Assembly: GCA_016213925.1 (NCBI GenBank)
Contig: JACQZH010000021.1
Span: forward strand, 6,295-70,294
Length of the DNA: 64,000 bases
Direction: 5' to 3'
DNA from: Candidatus Omnitrophota bacterium
GTDB lineage: Bacteria > Omnitrophota > Gorgyraeia > B26-G9
Shown here one piece after another: positions 1 through 9,794 of this stretch. A model generated the notes under the pieces. That model searched no databases. It saw nothing but the letters and a program-made list of their open reading frames with translations, and was not told the origin of the DNA. Each line of letters opens with the position of its first letter. The first letter of the stretch is position 1. The position numbers and the translations under genes are program-made.

Positions 1-575
1 CGGCGGCGCTGCGTCCTAGGAGGCAGTTCCGTATTTCTTATCAGATGGATAAGTATGTTAGCCCTGAATGGAGGACTAACCTTATGCTGTATGCGCGGCA
101 GGATAAGGATGCCTGGTTTTTTCAGGATGAAGACAACGATGGGCTTTATTCGCCGTTTTTTTTCGAAAAAGTAAATTATCTTGGGGTTAAGTTGTCCACA
201 GAATATACATGGAGCAAAACTTTTAGCCATTTTTTCAGTTTAAATATCCGTAAGATTCGCAGCAAAGATGCTAATTATGAATTTGTGCCGTATGAGCCCA
301 AACAAAAGATATCTCTTGGGCTTGCGTATAAGATTACTGATAATTGTAAGTTGGATGTGACCGGTGATTATTCCGGCAGGAGGTTTTATGAGCGCAATTC
401 CAAGGATAGTTCAACCGGATATTTCTTGCTTGGGTCCAAGATAACTTATGAAGCCAAAGACTACTTGACTTTTTTTGTTTTAATTGATAATGTATTAAAT
501 GACCACTACGAGATAGTAAAAAAATACCCTAATCAGAGCCGGAGTACTCTAGGCGGAGTGCTGATAAAATTTTAG
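1..575 (+). CDS. TonB-dependent outer-membrane receptor, C-terminal fragment (gene continues upstream of window)
   Basis: Reading frame is open to the window edge. The C-terminal beta-barrel-like segment has alternating aromatic/hydrophilic residues and ends in ...GGVLIKF with a terminal Phe. It lies directly upstream of exbB-exbD-tonB. Confidence 0.5.
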   Translation, partial: AALRPRRQFRISYQMDKYVSPEWRTNLMLYARQDKDAWFFQDEDNDGLYSPFFFEKVNYLGVKLSTEYTWSKTFSHFFSLNIRKIRSKDANYEFVPYEPKQKISLGLAYKITDNCKLDVTGDYSGRRFYERNSKDSSTGYFLLGSKITYEAKDYLTFFVLIDNVLNDHYEIVKKYPNQSRSTLGGVLIKF

Positions 576-731
576 CTTATGTATTTGATTGCAGATAGTT
601 AGGGATGTTAAAAGCAGGATGCACCTTCAAGGATCTTCCGTTTTTTTCGGTTGTATAGGTATAATTTATAATAAAAATTGATGTTTTGCGTAATAACACA
701 CGATATTGAAAGCGATAATGAGGGAGGAACT

Positions 732-1418
732 ATGCAAAATTTTGTTATTAAAATAATCGGCATTACGGTTTCCTGCGTAATCTCGACAGGGCTGTTTTTA
801 AAAGTAGAGATGATTAATAAGGGTGGCCCTGTAATGATTCCGATTCTTTTATGTTCTATTTTTTCGCTGGCGATAATATTGGAAAGGGTAATTAATATTT
901 ATCAATCAAAAATAGATACAACGAAATTCATGGATGATATAACCGCGGCATTAAAAAGGAACAGGGTTTCCGAAGCGTTGGAAATTTGCGAGCAGACACA
1001 GGGAGCTATTTCAAATATATTAAAAGCTGGTATTTCAAGGCATGGAAGTTCCCGCCAGGAGATCAGGGATGCGATCGAAGACGCAGGTTTGCACGAAGTC
1101 CCTAAACTGGAAAAAAATCTAAGCTTATTGGCAACGATAGCTCATGTCAGCCCCTTGCTTGGTTTGCTGGGGACAGTTACCGGCATGGTGAGTACTTTTC
1201 AGATTATTCAGCAGAAAGCGCAGGCAATGTATCCGGTAGACCCATCGGTTTTGGCCAAAGGTATATGGGAGGCGTTGATTACAACCGTAGCTGGGCTTAT
1301 CGTGGCTATTCCCAGTTTTGTTGCTTATAATTATCTTGTTGCGAAGGTCGAAAGCCTTGTGGTTGAAATGGAAATATCTGCGACAGATTTGGTAAATATT
1401 CTTACTCAGCGAAAGTAG
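732..1418 (+). CDS. exbB: MotA/TolQ/ExbB proton-channel family protein
   Basis: Three TM helices and the conserved motif ...LLGLLGTVTGM... The start was moved to the ATG at 732, which is preceded by GAGGGAGG. It is followed by exbD. Confidence 0.7.
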   Translation: MQNFVIKIIGITVSCVISTGLFLKVEMINKGGPVMIPILLCSIFSLAIILERVINIYQSKIDTTKFMDDITAALKRNRVSEALEICEQTQGAISNILKAGISRHGSSRQEIRDAIEDAGLHEVPKLEKNLSLLATIAHVSPLLGLLGTVTGMVSTFQIIQQKAQAMYPVDPSVLAKGIWEALITTVAGLIVAIPSFVAYNYLVAKVESLVVEMEISATDLVNILTQRK

Positions 1419-1425
1419 AGGCTCA

Positions 1426-1839
1426 ATGCGTTTTAGAAAACACCTGGAACTTGAGAGAGGACAGAAGGAAATAAATATAACGCCGCTTGTGGATATGGTT
1501 TTCCTTCTGCTTTTGTTTTTCATGTTAACTTCCAGTTTTATAGTTTTGCCTGGGATTAAAATAAATTTACCGAAAGCAGTTACATCTGAAGTTATAAAGG
1601 AAAAAAATATAGTTATTACAATCAGCAGCGAAAATGTTATTTATCTAGATGAGCGGCCGATAACTCCTTCGGAGCTTACAAATTTTCTGGAAAGCACCGT
1701 TAAGAAAAATGACGAAAGGCCGATTTTAATTAAAGCGGATAAAGATACGCAGTTGGGCAGCGTGGTCAAGGTTTGGGATATTTGCCGTAAAGTCGGAGTT
1801 TTCCAGATTAATATAGCTACTTTGCAAGAGGTGCAGTAA
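1426..1839 (+). CDS. exbD: ExbD/TolR biopolymer transport protein
   Basis: 137 aa with a single N-terminal TM helix (EINITPLVDMVFLLLLFFM). The size and position after exbB are typical. Confidence 0.7.
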   Translation: MRFRKHLELERGQKEINITPLVDMVFLLLLFFMLTSSFIVLPGIKINLPKAVTSEVIKEKNIVITISSENVIYLDERPITPSELTNFLESTVKKNDERPILIKADKDTQLGSVVKVWDICRKVGVFQINIATLQEVQ

Positions 1840-1880
1840 ATATTAAAAAGTTTGAAAAAAAAATAATCTTTATTTTTGCT

Positions 1881-2498
1881 TTGTCATGTTCTTTTGCGTG
1901 GCATCTTCTTGGCGCGCAAATAGTAAAAGTGGTATGGCCGTTATATTATGCTCGCGCTAATTTTATGCCGGTAACTTTTTTAGGCCCGATTTTAGAGAAT
2001 GTTGAACCTCAAAAGGAAAAAGAGATTTTAAAAGAGCCGGGCGAAATTATTGAAGGGGGGCAACTATCCGGGGAAGTGGAAGAAACGAAGCGAGCTTATA
2101 TCGGTTGCGAGTTACAAGGAAAGTATCCTTTGCCGGTGGATGAGTTGTCGGAAAAACCAGTTCCGCAGATTAAAACTGAATCGTCTCGATTTAAAGAGCT
2201 TTCAGTAGCGGAATCCATGGAGGAACAGTTTAAGAGAAAAGTTTTGTTTAAACCGGAAATGCCGGAATATCCGCAATGGGCAAAAGAAATTGGCGGGAAT
2301 TTTGAAGTTCAGTTAAAATTCTTAGTATTGCCGGATGGGGCAGTAGGGACTGTTGAAAAAATTACTTCTTCCGGATATCCAGAGCTTGATGAGATAGGCA
2401 TCAGATATATTCGCAGGTGGAAATTCATTGCTTTGCCAGAAACAGCGGTGTATAAAGAGCAATGGGGAGTTATAAGGCTATTTTTTAAATTAAAATGA
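1881..2498 (+). CDS. tonB: TonB-like energy transducer (TonB C-terminal domain)
   Basis: The C-terminal ~80 aa (FEVQLKFLVLPDGAVGTVEKITSSGYPELDEIGIRYIRRWKF) resemble the TonB_C fold. There is a Glu/Pro/Lys-rich linker. The start is TTG, and the true start may lie a few codons upstream. Confidence 0.55.
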   Translation: MSCSFAWHLLGAQIVKVVWPLYYARANFMPVTFLGPILENVEPQKEKEILKEPGEIIEGGQLSGEVEETKRAYIGCELQGKYPLPVDELSEKPVPQIKTESSRFKELSVAESMEEQFKRKVLFKPEMPEYPQWAKEIGGNFEVQLKFLVLPDGAVGTVEKITSSGYPELDEIGIRYIRRWKFIALPETAVYKEQWGVIRLFFKLK

Positions 2499-2728
2499 TT
2501 GAGCTTTCATTTGAGCATGCGGTAGCAGCTTATATATTACTGTTCATTGGTTTTTTTATGGGAGTGGGGGTTTTTATTATTCAGAGAAAAACCGGTTCGA
2601 TATATAAGAAAGAGTCTAAATATTGGCAATGTTCTATTTGCACTTTTGTTTATTTAAGTATATTTGACCAGGTAATAACTGTTTGTCCGCGCTGCGGCAG
2701 TTATAATAAAAAGGAGGGGGAATCATGA
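2495..2728 (+). CDS. Small membrane protein with C-terminal CxxC...CxxC zinc ribbon
   Basis: 77 aa with one TM helix and CSIC...CPRCGSY. Its start overlaps the tonB stop by 4 bp (ATGA). Confidence 0.35.
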   Translation: MIELSFEHAVAAYILLFIGFFMGVGVFIIQRKTGSIYKKESKYWQCSICTFVYLSIFDQVITVCPRCGSYNKKEGES

Positions 2729-2922
2729 TTATGGAGATTGGTATTGTTGCTGGAGATATTTGGCATTATCTGGATGAACATGGGGAAGCTAATCTTTCAA
2801 AACTTGTTATAGGGATCGATAGGCCCAGAGAAGTTGTTTTGATGAGCCTGGGATGGCTGGCTCGTGAAGGGCATGTTTTGGTCGATAATCCTCCTGATTA
2901 TAAAATTACTTTACGCAAGTGA
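2725..2922 (+). CDS. Small winged-helix-like protein (DUF2582-like)
   Basis: 65 aa with the pattern IGxxAGxIWxxL...GWLAREGHV. It is translationally coupled (ATGA overlap) to its neighbours. Confidence 0.3.
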   Translation: MIMEIGIVAGDIWHYLDEHGEANLSKLVIGIDRPREVVLMSLGWLAREGHVLVDNPPDYKITLRK

Positions 2923-3284
2923 AGCCCGAGATACTAAAATCCTTTAAAGAAAAAGATGTGTTAGGGGAATTTTCCGGTTATATCGTGGTATTGATTACTG
3001 CTGCTTCCGGCAAAGAAGCAGATGTATTGGCGGAGAAACTGCTTGATGCAAAACTAGCTGCGTGTGTGAATATAACCGGAGTTAATTCTTTTTTTTCATG
3101 GCAGGGAAAAAAAGAGAGTTCTGCGGAGGTTTTGCTGATAGTAAAGACGCGATATGAGTTATTTTCTCAATTAGAGGTTTTTGTTAAGAAAAATCACAGT
3201 TATGAAGTTCCAGAGATTATTGCTTTGCCGATTATTGCCGCTAGCCGGGAATATCTTGAATGGATTAAGGATAGCACTAAATAA
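2919..3284 (+). CDS. cutA: Divalent-cation tolerance protein CutA
   Basis: 121 aa with LAACVNI...SFFSWQGK...EVLLIVKT...HSYEVPEIIALPI, a near-canonical CutA1 signature. Confidence 0.7.
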   Translation: MKPEILKSFKEKDVLGEFSGYIVVLITAASGKEADVLAEKLLDAKLAACVNITGVNSFFSWQGKKESSAEVLLIVKTRYELFSQLEVFVKKNHSYEVPEIIALPIIAASREYLEWIKDSTK

Positions 3285-3438
3285 ACGGGCAAGAAATTGC
3301 CCTTCTGCTTTTGTGAATTGAACAAAAAAAATTAAAGACGATTCTTCTTGGTATTACTAAAATATTAATTCCGCTGTTAAAATATAATTTTCTCTTTTCG
3401 GCTTACTTTCCCTGGTTAATTATGTTATAATACTGCTT

Positions 3439-4044
3439 ATGAAAGCAGGGTTTACATTACTTGAATTGTTGATAGGTATTGCGATATTTGCTGTTGTGGC
3501 AGCTTCTGTGTATACTAGCTTCTATCTTGGTGTTAAAACGTGGAGACATGAAGAAACCCGTGATGAAGGACTTCAACAGGCGATGCTTGCTTTGGAAACA
3601 ATGGCGTTACGGCTAAGGTGCGCGTTTGTTAGCGCTGATAATGAAAAAATTAAATTTAAAGGCAGCAACGAACAGATTGATTTCTTCACGGTTAATGCTG
3701 AAGGTGATATAGAGAATTTGATATTTTTTCTGGAACCCAGGGATAGCGGGCAAGGCTATTCTCTACGGCAGTCTAGTAAAAAATATATATATCTTAATGA
3801 TGAAAATCCTCCGGAAATTGAAGTGATAAACAGTTTTGTAAAGAACTTTAAGGTCAGTTATTTTAATGCTAAAGAACAACTTTGGCTTGAGGATTGGCCT
3901 GAAGAATTAAAGCTGCCGGAGCAGGTTAAGATAGAAGTTGATTTCGAAAAAAATAATTTGGAAAGTTCTTCTCTCCGGCTTGAAAAATATGTAAATATCC
4001 TGGTGACAAATGAGATAATATTGCCTAAATATGAAACGCTGTAA
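3439..4044 (+). CDS. Pseudopilin (GspJ/PilW-like) with prepilin N-terminal methylation motif
   Basis: The N-terminus MKAG|FTLLELLIGIAIFAVV has G at -1, E at +5 and a hydrophobic helix. Confidence 0.55.
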   Translation: MKAGFTLLELLIGIAIFAVVAASVYTSFYLGVKTWRHEETRDEGLQQAMLALETMALRLRCAFVSADNEKIKFKGSNEQIDFFTVNAEGDIENLIFFLEPRDSGQGYSLRQSSKKYIYLNDENPPEIEVINSFVKNFKVSYFNAKEQLWLEDWPEELKLPEQVKIEVDFEKNNLESSSLRLEKYVNILVTNEIILPKYETL

Positions 4045-4873
4045 TAAAGATAATAAAGGAATTATTTTAGTCATTGTTTTATGGGTATTGTTCTTTTTAT
4101 CTGTTACGGCGCTTACATTGGGTATGCAAAACAGATTAAATATCCGTTTGCAGAGCCTTACCAATGAAAAAGCAAGAATGCTGTATTTATCCAGGGAGAG
4201 TGTCAACAGGATTATAATATTACTTGCTAAGGACGATCCTAGTTTTGACGCGTTTAGCGAAGAATGGAGTACCGGTGTTTCTTTGCAAAACGAAGAAGGG
4301 ATAACTTTGTGCGAAGTGAATGATGAGGATAGATGTTTGAATATAAATACTGCGCCGGTTGAATTAATAGAAAGAATCAAGTTGATTTTTCCGGGGCTTG
4401 GGGAAGAAGAGATTAAGCTTATTGCTAATCTGCGGCCGTTTAATGTGAAGAAAGAGTTATTGGATTTAGCTCAAATAGACAGAGAGATTTTTTACGGAAA
4501 TCCTTCTGAGGGAAAAATCGGTATGCAGGATATGATTACTGTGTTTTCCGACGGCAAAATAAATATAAATACCGCGCCTAAAGAAGTTTTAATGATACTG
4601 CCGAATATGAATGAGGGGGTTGTCGATACGATTTTGAGTCATCGCCAAGTAACGCCTTTTAACAGTAATGAAACGCTTTCAGAAGGATTATCTTTATTGG
4701 GTTTGACACCGGAACAGGTAGGTTCGCTGATTAAAATTTGCAAAGTGCAATCTTCGATATTTAGTGTTAAGGTAAACAGCGCTTCCAAGCGGAAACATGT
4801 TTCTAAAGGATTAGAACTGATATTCAAGCGAGTTGAGAATAAATTTAACGTTTTGCTGGCAAAGGAGAATTGA
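4031..4873 (+). CDS. GspK-like minor pseudopilin (HhH-containing)
   Basis: The N-terminus KGIILVIVLWVLFFLS is GspK-like. There are two helix-hairpin-helix-like segments (NINTAPVELIERI and ININTAPKEVLMILP). Confidence 0.5.
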   Translation: MKRCNKDNKGIILVIVLWVLFFLSVTALTLGMQNRLNIRLQSLTNEKARMLYLSRESVNRIIILLAKDDPSFDAFSEEWSTGVSLQNEEGITLCEVNDEDRCLNINTAPVELIERIKLIFPGLGEEEIKLIANLRPFNVKKELLDLAQIDREIFYGNPSEGKIGMQDMITVFSDGKININTAPKEVLMILPNMNEGVVDTILSHRQVTPFNSNETLSEGLSLLGLTPEQVGSLIKICKVQSSIFSVKVNSASKRKHVSKGLELIFKRVENKFNVLLAKEN

Positions 4874-6222
4874 AATTGCTGAAAAATGTTATCTATATAA
4901 CAAGAAAAAAAATACGCTTTGCGCAATTTGGCATCAGAAGGGAAGCGACTAAGCTGCTTAAGGATAAAAGCATTGCTTTGAACGCGGATAAACCTCTTGG
5001 CGAGGTTCTTAAGGAAATTACGCGCCGGGAACGCCTTGACAGGAAAGATTTCATTAGTTGTTTTTTTCGTTATCAGGTCAGCCTACGTTTTTTTACTTTT
5101 CCTTCCAATAATTTAGAAGAGATTTCTAAAATGGTTAGTTATGAAGCGGCAGAACTTTTACCGCTGAAATCCGAAGAGGTGGTAACCCGGTATCTTGTCT
5201 TAAATAAACAGAAAAGCGGTTATTCCGACACTTTAATTGTTGTTGTGCATAAGGATGAAGTTTTGAAATTTTCGAGTTATTTCCAAGGTACTGGATGCAG
5301 TATTAATATATTGTCCCTAAGTAGTCTAGCGTTATTCAGCTGTATTAAAAAAGTTGTTGCTGAAAAAGACAAATCATTCTTGGAAAAAAACATCATGCTG
5401 GTTCATTTTGAGGACGGCACGGTAGAAATAATCGCGGTTAATAAAGGAAGGCTTGTTTTAAGCAGAGGTTTTTTACTGCATAGCGTCAAAAATTTTTACC
5501 AGATGCTTATCGGAGAAATCAGGCAGAATATAGAATTGTTTTTTACTGAATCAAAAGAACGGAGCCTTGATCAAATTATAATCAGCGGCTTTGCTGATTT
5601 GCAGGGTATTGAAGGCGTTCTGAAGGGGCATTTTAATGTCCCTATATTAATCAATAAATGCGTTGATATAGCATTAGGACTTGCGCTTTGCTCGGAACAA
5701 TCAGTTAACCTATTGAGTAATGAAGCAATCAGTTTGCATTTAAGAAAAAATTTCAGCAAAAAAATCATGTCGATGTTTTTGCTGCTTTTTTTTAACTTAA
5801 TTCTTTTAGGGGCGGCATTTTCCCTCATTTTAAATAATAAAAATGATTATTTGAACCGCATTGAACAAAAACTTGCTCTGCTTAAACCTGAGGCGCAATC
5901 GGTGCAGAATAAATTGGCTCAACTGAACATGATGCAAAAACAGCTGCATTCGCAAATTTTGATCCTTGACGCGATTACTGAGCTGATCAATTCTGCTTCT
6001 TCCTCCTCGATAATGCTTAATATGCTTACGATTAACGAAGAAGGGATACTAATTATGCGCGGCCAGGCAAACAATCTTCAGGAAGTGCTGGATTTTATTA
6101 AGGGGCTAGAACTATCGCCGTATTTCCAGAATACGCATTTAAGTTATTCGAGTCTTAGAAAGCTTATGCAAAAGGAAGTGCTGGATTTTGAAATACAGGC
6201 GGAATTAAATAAAGAGCATTAA
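4870..6222 (+). CDS. GspL-like / PilM-PilN fusion (cytoplasmic actin-like domain + TM + periplasmic coiled-coil domain)
   Basis: 450 aa. A ~300-aa soluble N-terminal part is followed by one TM helix (MSMFLLLFFNLILLGAAFSLIL), then a coiled coil and a small C-terminal domain. It follows the GspJ/K-like genes. Confidence 0.4.
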   Translation: MKLLKNVIYITRKKIRFAQFGIRREATKLLKDKSIALNADKPLGEVLKEITRRERLDRKDFISCFFRYQVSLRFFTFPSNNLEEISKMVSYEAAELLPLKSEEVVTRYLVLNKQKSGYSDTLIVVVHKDEVLKFSSYFQGTGCSINILSLSSLALFSCIKKVVAEKDKSFLEKNIMLVHFEDGTVEIIAVNKGRLVLSRGFLLHSVKNFYQMLIGEIRQNIELFFTESKERSLDQIIISGFADLQGIEGVLKGHFNVPILINKCVDIALGLALCSEQSVNLLSNEAISLHLRKNFSKKIMSMFLLLFFNLILLGAAFSLILNNKNDYLNRIEQKLALLKPEAQSVQNKLAQLNMMQKQLHSQILILDAITELINSASSSSIMLNMLTINEEGILIMRGQANNLQEVLDFIKGLELSPYFQNTHLSYSSLRKLMQKEVLDFEIQAELNKEH

Positions 6223-6230
6223 ATTGATTT

Positions 6231-6614
6231 ATGCATATTATAAGCGGAGAATTAAAGGGTAGAACCTTAAAACAGCCTAAAGATAAAAATGTCCGTCCGA
6301 CACGCGAACTAGTTAGAAAAGCGGTTTTTGATGTGTTGGGGGAGTTTATTTTAGACAAGGAGGTTCTTGACTTATTCAGCGGCAGCGGTGCTTTTGGATT
6401 TGAAGCATTAAGTTGCGGGGCAAAGAGCGTTACTTTTGTTGAAAAAAATTTTTTATGCCAGAAGGTTATTAAGGAAAATATGGATTTGTGCGGGGTACAG
6501 GACAGGTGCGCTTTGATCGAAAGAGATGTTTTTCAATCATTACCGCTGCTGGAAAAAAGAAAACAATTGTTCGGAATCGTCTTTGCGGATCCTCCATACT
6601 CCGGGGACATTTGA
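6231..6614 (+). CDS. rsmD: 16S rRNA m2G966 methyltransferase RsmD, C-terminally truncated
   Basis: The SAM motif LDLFSGSGAFGFEALSCGA and the catalytic ADPPY are present, but the ORF stops 4 codons after DPPY. It is 127 aa versus ~185 typical. Confidence 0.6.
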   Translation: MHIISGELKGRTLKQPKDKNVRPTRELVRKAVFDVLGEFILDKEVLDLFSGSGAFGFEALSCGAKSVTFVEKNFLCQKVIKENMDLCGVQDRCALIERDVFQSLPLLEKRKQLFGIVFADPPYSGDI

Positions 6615-7059
6615 CCCGATAACCTACGGACATATTGATATTATCAAGCGCGCGTCCAGAGTTTTTGATGAAGTGATTATTGCTGTCGGTGAAAATTTAC
6701 TAAAAGAACCTCTTTTTACCGTCGAAGAGCGGGTGGAGATGATTAAACGCGTAACCCAAGGGTTGAAGAACATTAAAGTGGATAGTTTTAACGAATTGAT
6801 GGTAAATTATGTGCAAAGAAAGAAAATTAATATTGTTATCAGGGGATTGCGGATGATTTCTGATTTTGAATATGAGTTTCAGATGGCATTAACAAATAGA
6901 AAACTTAATCCAAATATAGAAATAATTTTTCTTATGCCGAATGAAGCATATTCTTTTTTATCTAGTAAACTTATAAAGGAAATTGCGTTACTCGGAGCTG
7001 ATCTTTCGGAATTTGTTCCGTCTTATGTTGCAGAAAAACTTAAACGGAAATTGAAATAA
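6583..7059 (+). CDS. coaD: Phosphopantetheine adenylyltransferase CoaD
   Basis: PGTFDPITYGHIDII...RGLR..SDFEYEFQMALTNR align along the whole length with CoaD. The start is assigned to TTG at 6583 (MRILHTPGTFDP), which mirrors the E. coli N-terminus. Confidence 0.8.
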   Translation: MRILHTPGTFDPITYGHIDIIKRASRVFDEVIIAVGENLLKEPLFTVEERVEMIKRVTQGLKNIKVDSFNELMVNYVQRKKINIVIRGLRMISDFEYEFQMALTNRKLNPNIEIIFLMPNEAYSFLSSKLIKEIALLGADLSEFVPSYVAEKLKRKLK

Positions 7060-7102
7060 ATCGTATAACTAATATAAGTTATTATACTTGCAAAGAGGAA
7101 AA

Positions 7103-8089
7103 ATGGAGATTGTAAAAAAAATAAGGCAAAGAGCGCAAAAGGCAAAGAGGACGATAGTTCTTTCAGAGGGGCAGGACGAACGTGTATTAAAAGCAGCGGG
7201 AATTATTGCTAGTGAAGGGTTGGCAAAAATTATACTTTTAGCCGATGAAAATGAATTGCGCGAAAAAGAGGATGAGCTGGAATTATATCTCAAAGATATA
7301 ACAGTTATAAATCACCTAAATTCTCCTGAATTGGAAAGTTTTAGCCAGGAATTCTTCGAATTAAGAAAAAGCAAGGGTACTACTATAGAAGAAGCGCGTA
7401 AGCAGATGGAAAAAAATGTTTATTTTGGAGCAATGATGGTCAGGCGCAGCCTTGCCGATGGTTTTGTGGCTGGCGCAATGACGACTACGGCAGATGTGGC
7501 AAAAGCGGCGATTTATTGTATCGGCTTTGGAGAAAAGGTAAAAACAATATCGAGCAGTTTTCTTGTGGAAGTTCCTGACTGCAGTTACGGCGCAAATGGT
7601 TCGTTTATCTTTGCTGATTGCGGCATAGTGCCGGATCCATCGCCTTCACAGTTGGCTAATATTGCTGTATCTGCTTCAGAGCTTTTTGAACTCTTGGTTG
7701 AAGAACAGCCGAGGGTTGCTTTGTTGAGTTTTTCTACCAAAGTAAGCGCTGAACATGAAAGGGTTTCTAAAGTAAAAGAAATCATTGAAGAGAGATACCC
7801 GGGATTGATTGCTGATGGAGAATTGCAACTGGATGCGGCGATTGTTCCAGAAGTAGCGGCAATAAAAGCGCCGGAAAGTAAAGTCGCAGGTTTAGCGAAT
7901 GTACTGATTTTTCCGGATCTTAATGCCGGAAATATTGCTTATAAGATGGTCCAGCGTTTGGCAAAAGCGCAGGTTATCGGCCCTATGATGACTGGATTGA
8001 AAAAGCCCTGCAGTGATTTATCCCGCGGGTGCACAATAGATGAGGTGGTTAATGCCGTATGCACAACGGCAATAAGAGCTATATCGTAA
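7103..8089 (+). CDS. pta: Phosphate acetyltransferase (Pta, short class)
   Basis: PTA_PTB family length and motifs. The ATG at 7103 is preceded by AAGAGGA. It is adjacent to ackA. Confidence 0.75.
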   Translation: MEIVKKIRQRAQKAKRTIVLSEGQDERVLKAAGIIASEGLAKIILLADENELREKEDELELYLKDITVINHLNSPELESFSQEFFELRKSKGTTIEEARKQMEKNVYFGAMMVRRSLADGFVAGAMTTTADVAKAAIYCIGFGEKVKTISSSFLVEVPDCSYGANGSFIFADCGIVPDPSPSQLANIAVSASELFELLVEEQPRVALLSFSTKVSAEHERVSKVKEIIEERYPGLIADGELQLDAAIVPEVAAIKAPESKVAGLANVLIFPDLNAGNIAYKMVQRLAKAQVIGPMMTGLKKPCSDLSRGCTIDEVVNAVCTTAIRAIS

Positions 8090-8135
8090 TGGGTAAGCAA
8101 AATAAAGTTCAGTGGGTCTGTCAGGAAAAAGAAAA

Positions 8136-9269
8136 ATGAACATATTAGTTATTAATTGTGGAAGTTCATCGATAAAATATCAGCTCTTTTGTATAGAAAA
8201 AAAAATAGCGTTAGCAAGCGGAATAGCGGAAAAAATCGGCGATGAAAGTTCCAGAATTATTCACCATAAAAGCAATAAAACTTTTACTAAGAGCATAAAT
8301 TTGCCGGATTATTTTAAGGCGATAGAAAATATAGCGGAATTATTAACTGACTCCGAGTGGGGAGTGTTAGAGAGTAAAAAAAATGTGCATGCTATCGGGC
8401 ACCGTGTTGTGCACGGAGGAGAAGAATTCAAATCCTCGGTTATCATTAATAAATATGTTTTAAACAGAATAAAATTTTATTCAAAGCTGGCTCCTTTGCA
8501 TAATCCTCCGGCTTATAACGGAATTAAGGCAACAATGCATATTTTCCCGCATATAAAACAAGTAGCTGTTTTTGACACGGCTTTTCATCAGACTATGCCG
8601 GAAGAGGCATTTATGTACGGATTGCCTTACAGGTTATATAAAAAATATTGCATACGCAGGTATGGGTTTCATGGTACCAGCCATCGTTATGTTGCTCAAG
8701 CCGCGGCGGAAATGCTGAAAAAACCAGTACAAAAACTAAAGCTTATTACCTGTCATCTGGGGAATGGATGCAGTATTACCGCGGTTAAATACGGCAAGTC
8801 TGTAGATACGAGTATGGGGTTTACTCCGCTTGAAGGTTTGATTATGGGTACTCGCTGTGGAGATGTTGATCCGGCATTGGTAAGCTTTATTTCGGAAAAA
8901 GAAAAGATTAGCGCTGAAGAGGTTACAAATTTAATGAACCGCAAAAGCGGACTGCTTGGGCTTTCCGGAATAAGCAATGATATGCGTGATCTTCTTGAAA
9001 AAGCGAATAAAGGCGATAAAAGGGCAAAGCTGGCATTAGACGTATTTATTTACCGGGTAAAAAAGTATATTGGCGCTTATTTAGCGGCAATGAACGGAGC
9101 TGACGCGGTTATTCTTACAGCGGGAATTGGAGAAAATGTCGGGATTATTAAAAAAAGACTTGCTAAAGAAATGAACGCTTTTTTGGGAAGAAGGACGAAA
9201 TTACTTTCTATCCATACGGAAGAAGAACGCCTAATAGCATTAGATACTTTTGAATTAGTAAAGAAGTAA
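8136..9269 (+). CDS. ackA: Acetate kinase
   Basis: The N-terminus MNILVINCGSSSIKYQLF and ...GHRVVHGGE... are AckA signatures. The start was moved to the ATG at 8136. Confidence 0.85.
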   Translation: MNILVINCGSSSIKYQLFCIEKKIALASGIAEKIGDESSRIIHHKSNKTFTKSINLPDYFKAIENIAELLTDSEWGVLESKKNVHAIGHRVVHGGEEFKSSVIINKYVLNRIKFYSKLAPLHNPPAYNGIKATMHIFPHIKQVAVFDTAFHQTMPEEAFMYGLPYRLYKKYCIRRYGFHGTSHRYVAQAAAEMLKKPVQKLKLITCHLGNGCSITAVKYGKSVDTSMGFTPLEGLIMGTRCGDVDPALVSFISEKEKISAEEVTNLMNRKSGLLGLSGISNDMRDLLEKANKGDKRAKLALDVFIYRVKKYIGAYLAAMNGADAVILTAGIGENVGIIKKRLAKEMNAFLGRRTKLLSIHTEEERLIALDTFELVKK

Positions 9270-9271
9270 AG

Positions 9272-9688
9272 ATGAAAATTAATATACATGAAATCCCAAG
9301 AGGAGGGTTTGATCTCGAAGAGATGCAGTCAAGCGAAACTCTTGAGCTTGGCAGAGATGATATTGATTTTAAGACGCCGGTAACGATCAAAGCGCATGTT
9401 ATACGCGAATATGATAATGTACAGATAAGAATGGAAGTTGCTGCGAAAATAACTTATAGTTGCGCGCGCTGTTTGGCAAGAAAAGAGCAGTTATTAAAAA
9501 AGAAGATTGATATCATAAAATCAGCTGGAGAAGAAAAGGTTATCGATCTTACTCAAATAGCAAGGGATGAAATAATCCTTGATTATCCGATACGTTTTCT
9601 CTGCCGGCAGGACTGTAAAGGGCTGTGTTATAAATGCGGTAGGAATTTAAATGAAAGGGATTGCGGATGTGAACAAATGGCTAGTTGA
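9272..9688 (+). CDS. yceD: YceD/DUF177 family protein (large-subunit ribosomal assembly associated)
   Basis: 138 aa with C-terminal CxxC...CxxC. It occupies the conserved position upstream of rpmF-plsX. Confidence 0.6.
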   Translation: MKINIHEIPRGGFDLEEMQSSETLELGRDDIDFKTPVTIKAHVIREYDNVQIRMEVAAKITYSCARCLARKEQLLKKKIDIIKSAGEEKVIDLTQIARDEIILDYPIRFLCRQDCKGLCYKCGRNLNERDCGCEQMAS

Positions 9689-9794
9689 AGAGAATAAGTA
9701 TTCAGCCCCGAATGAAGCTGTTATTTTAGGCGGTTTTCCGGGGTCTTGAAGTGTAACTATAGAATTAAGTATTATCACAAAATTCGGGATAAGC

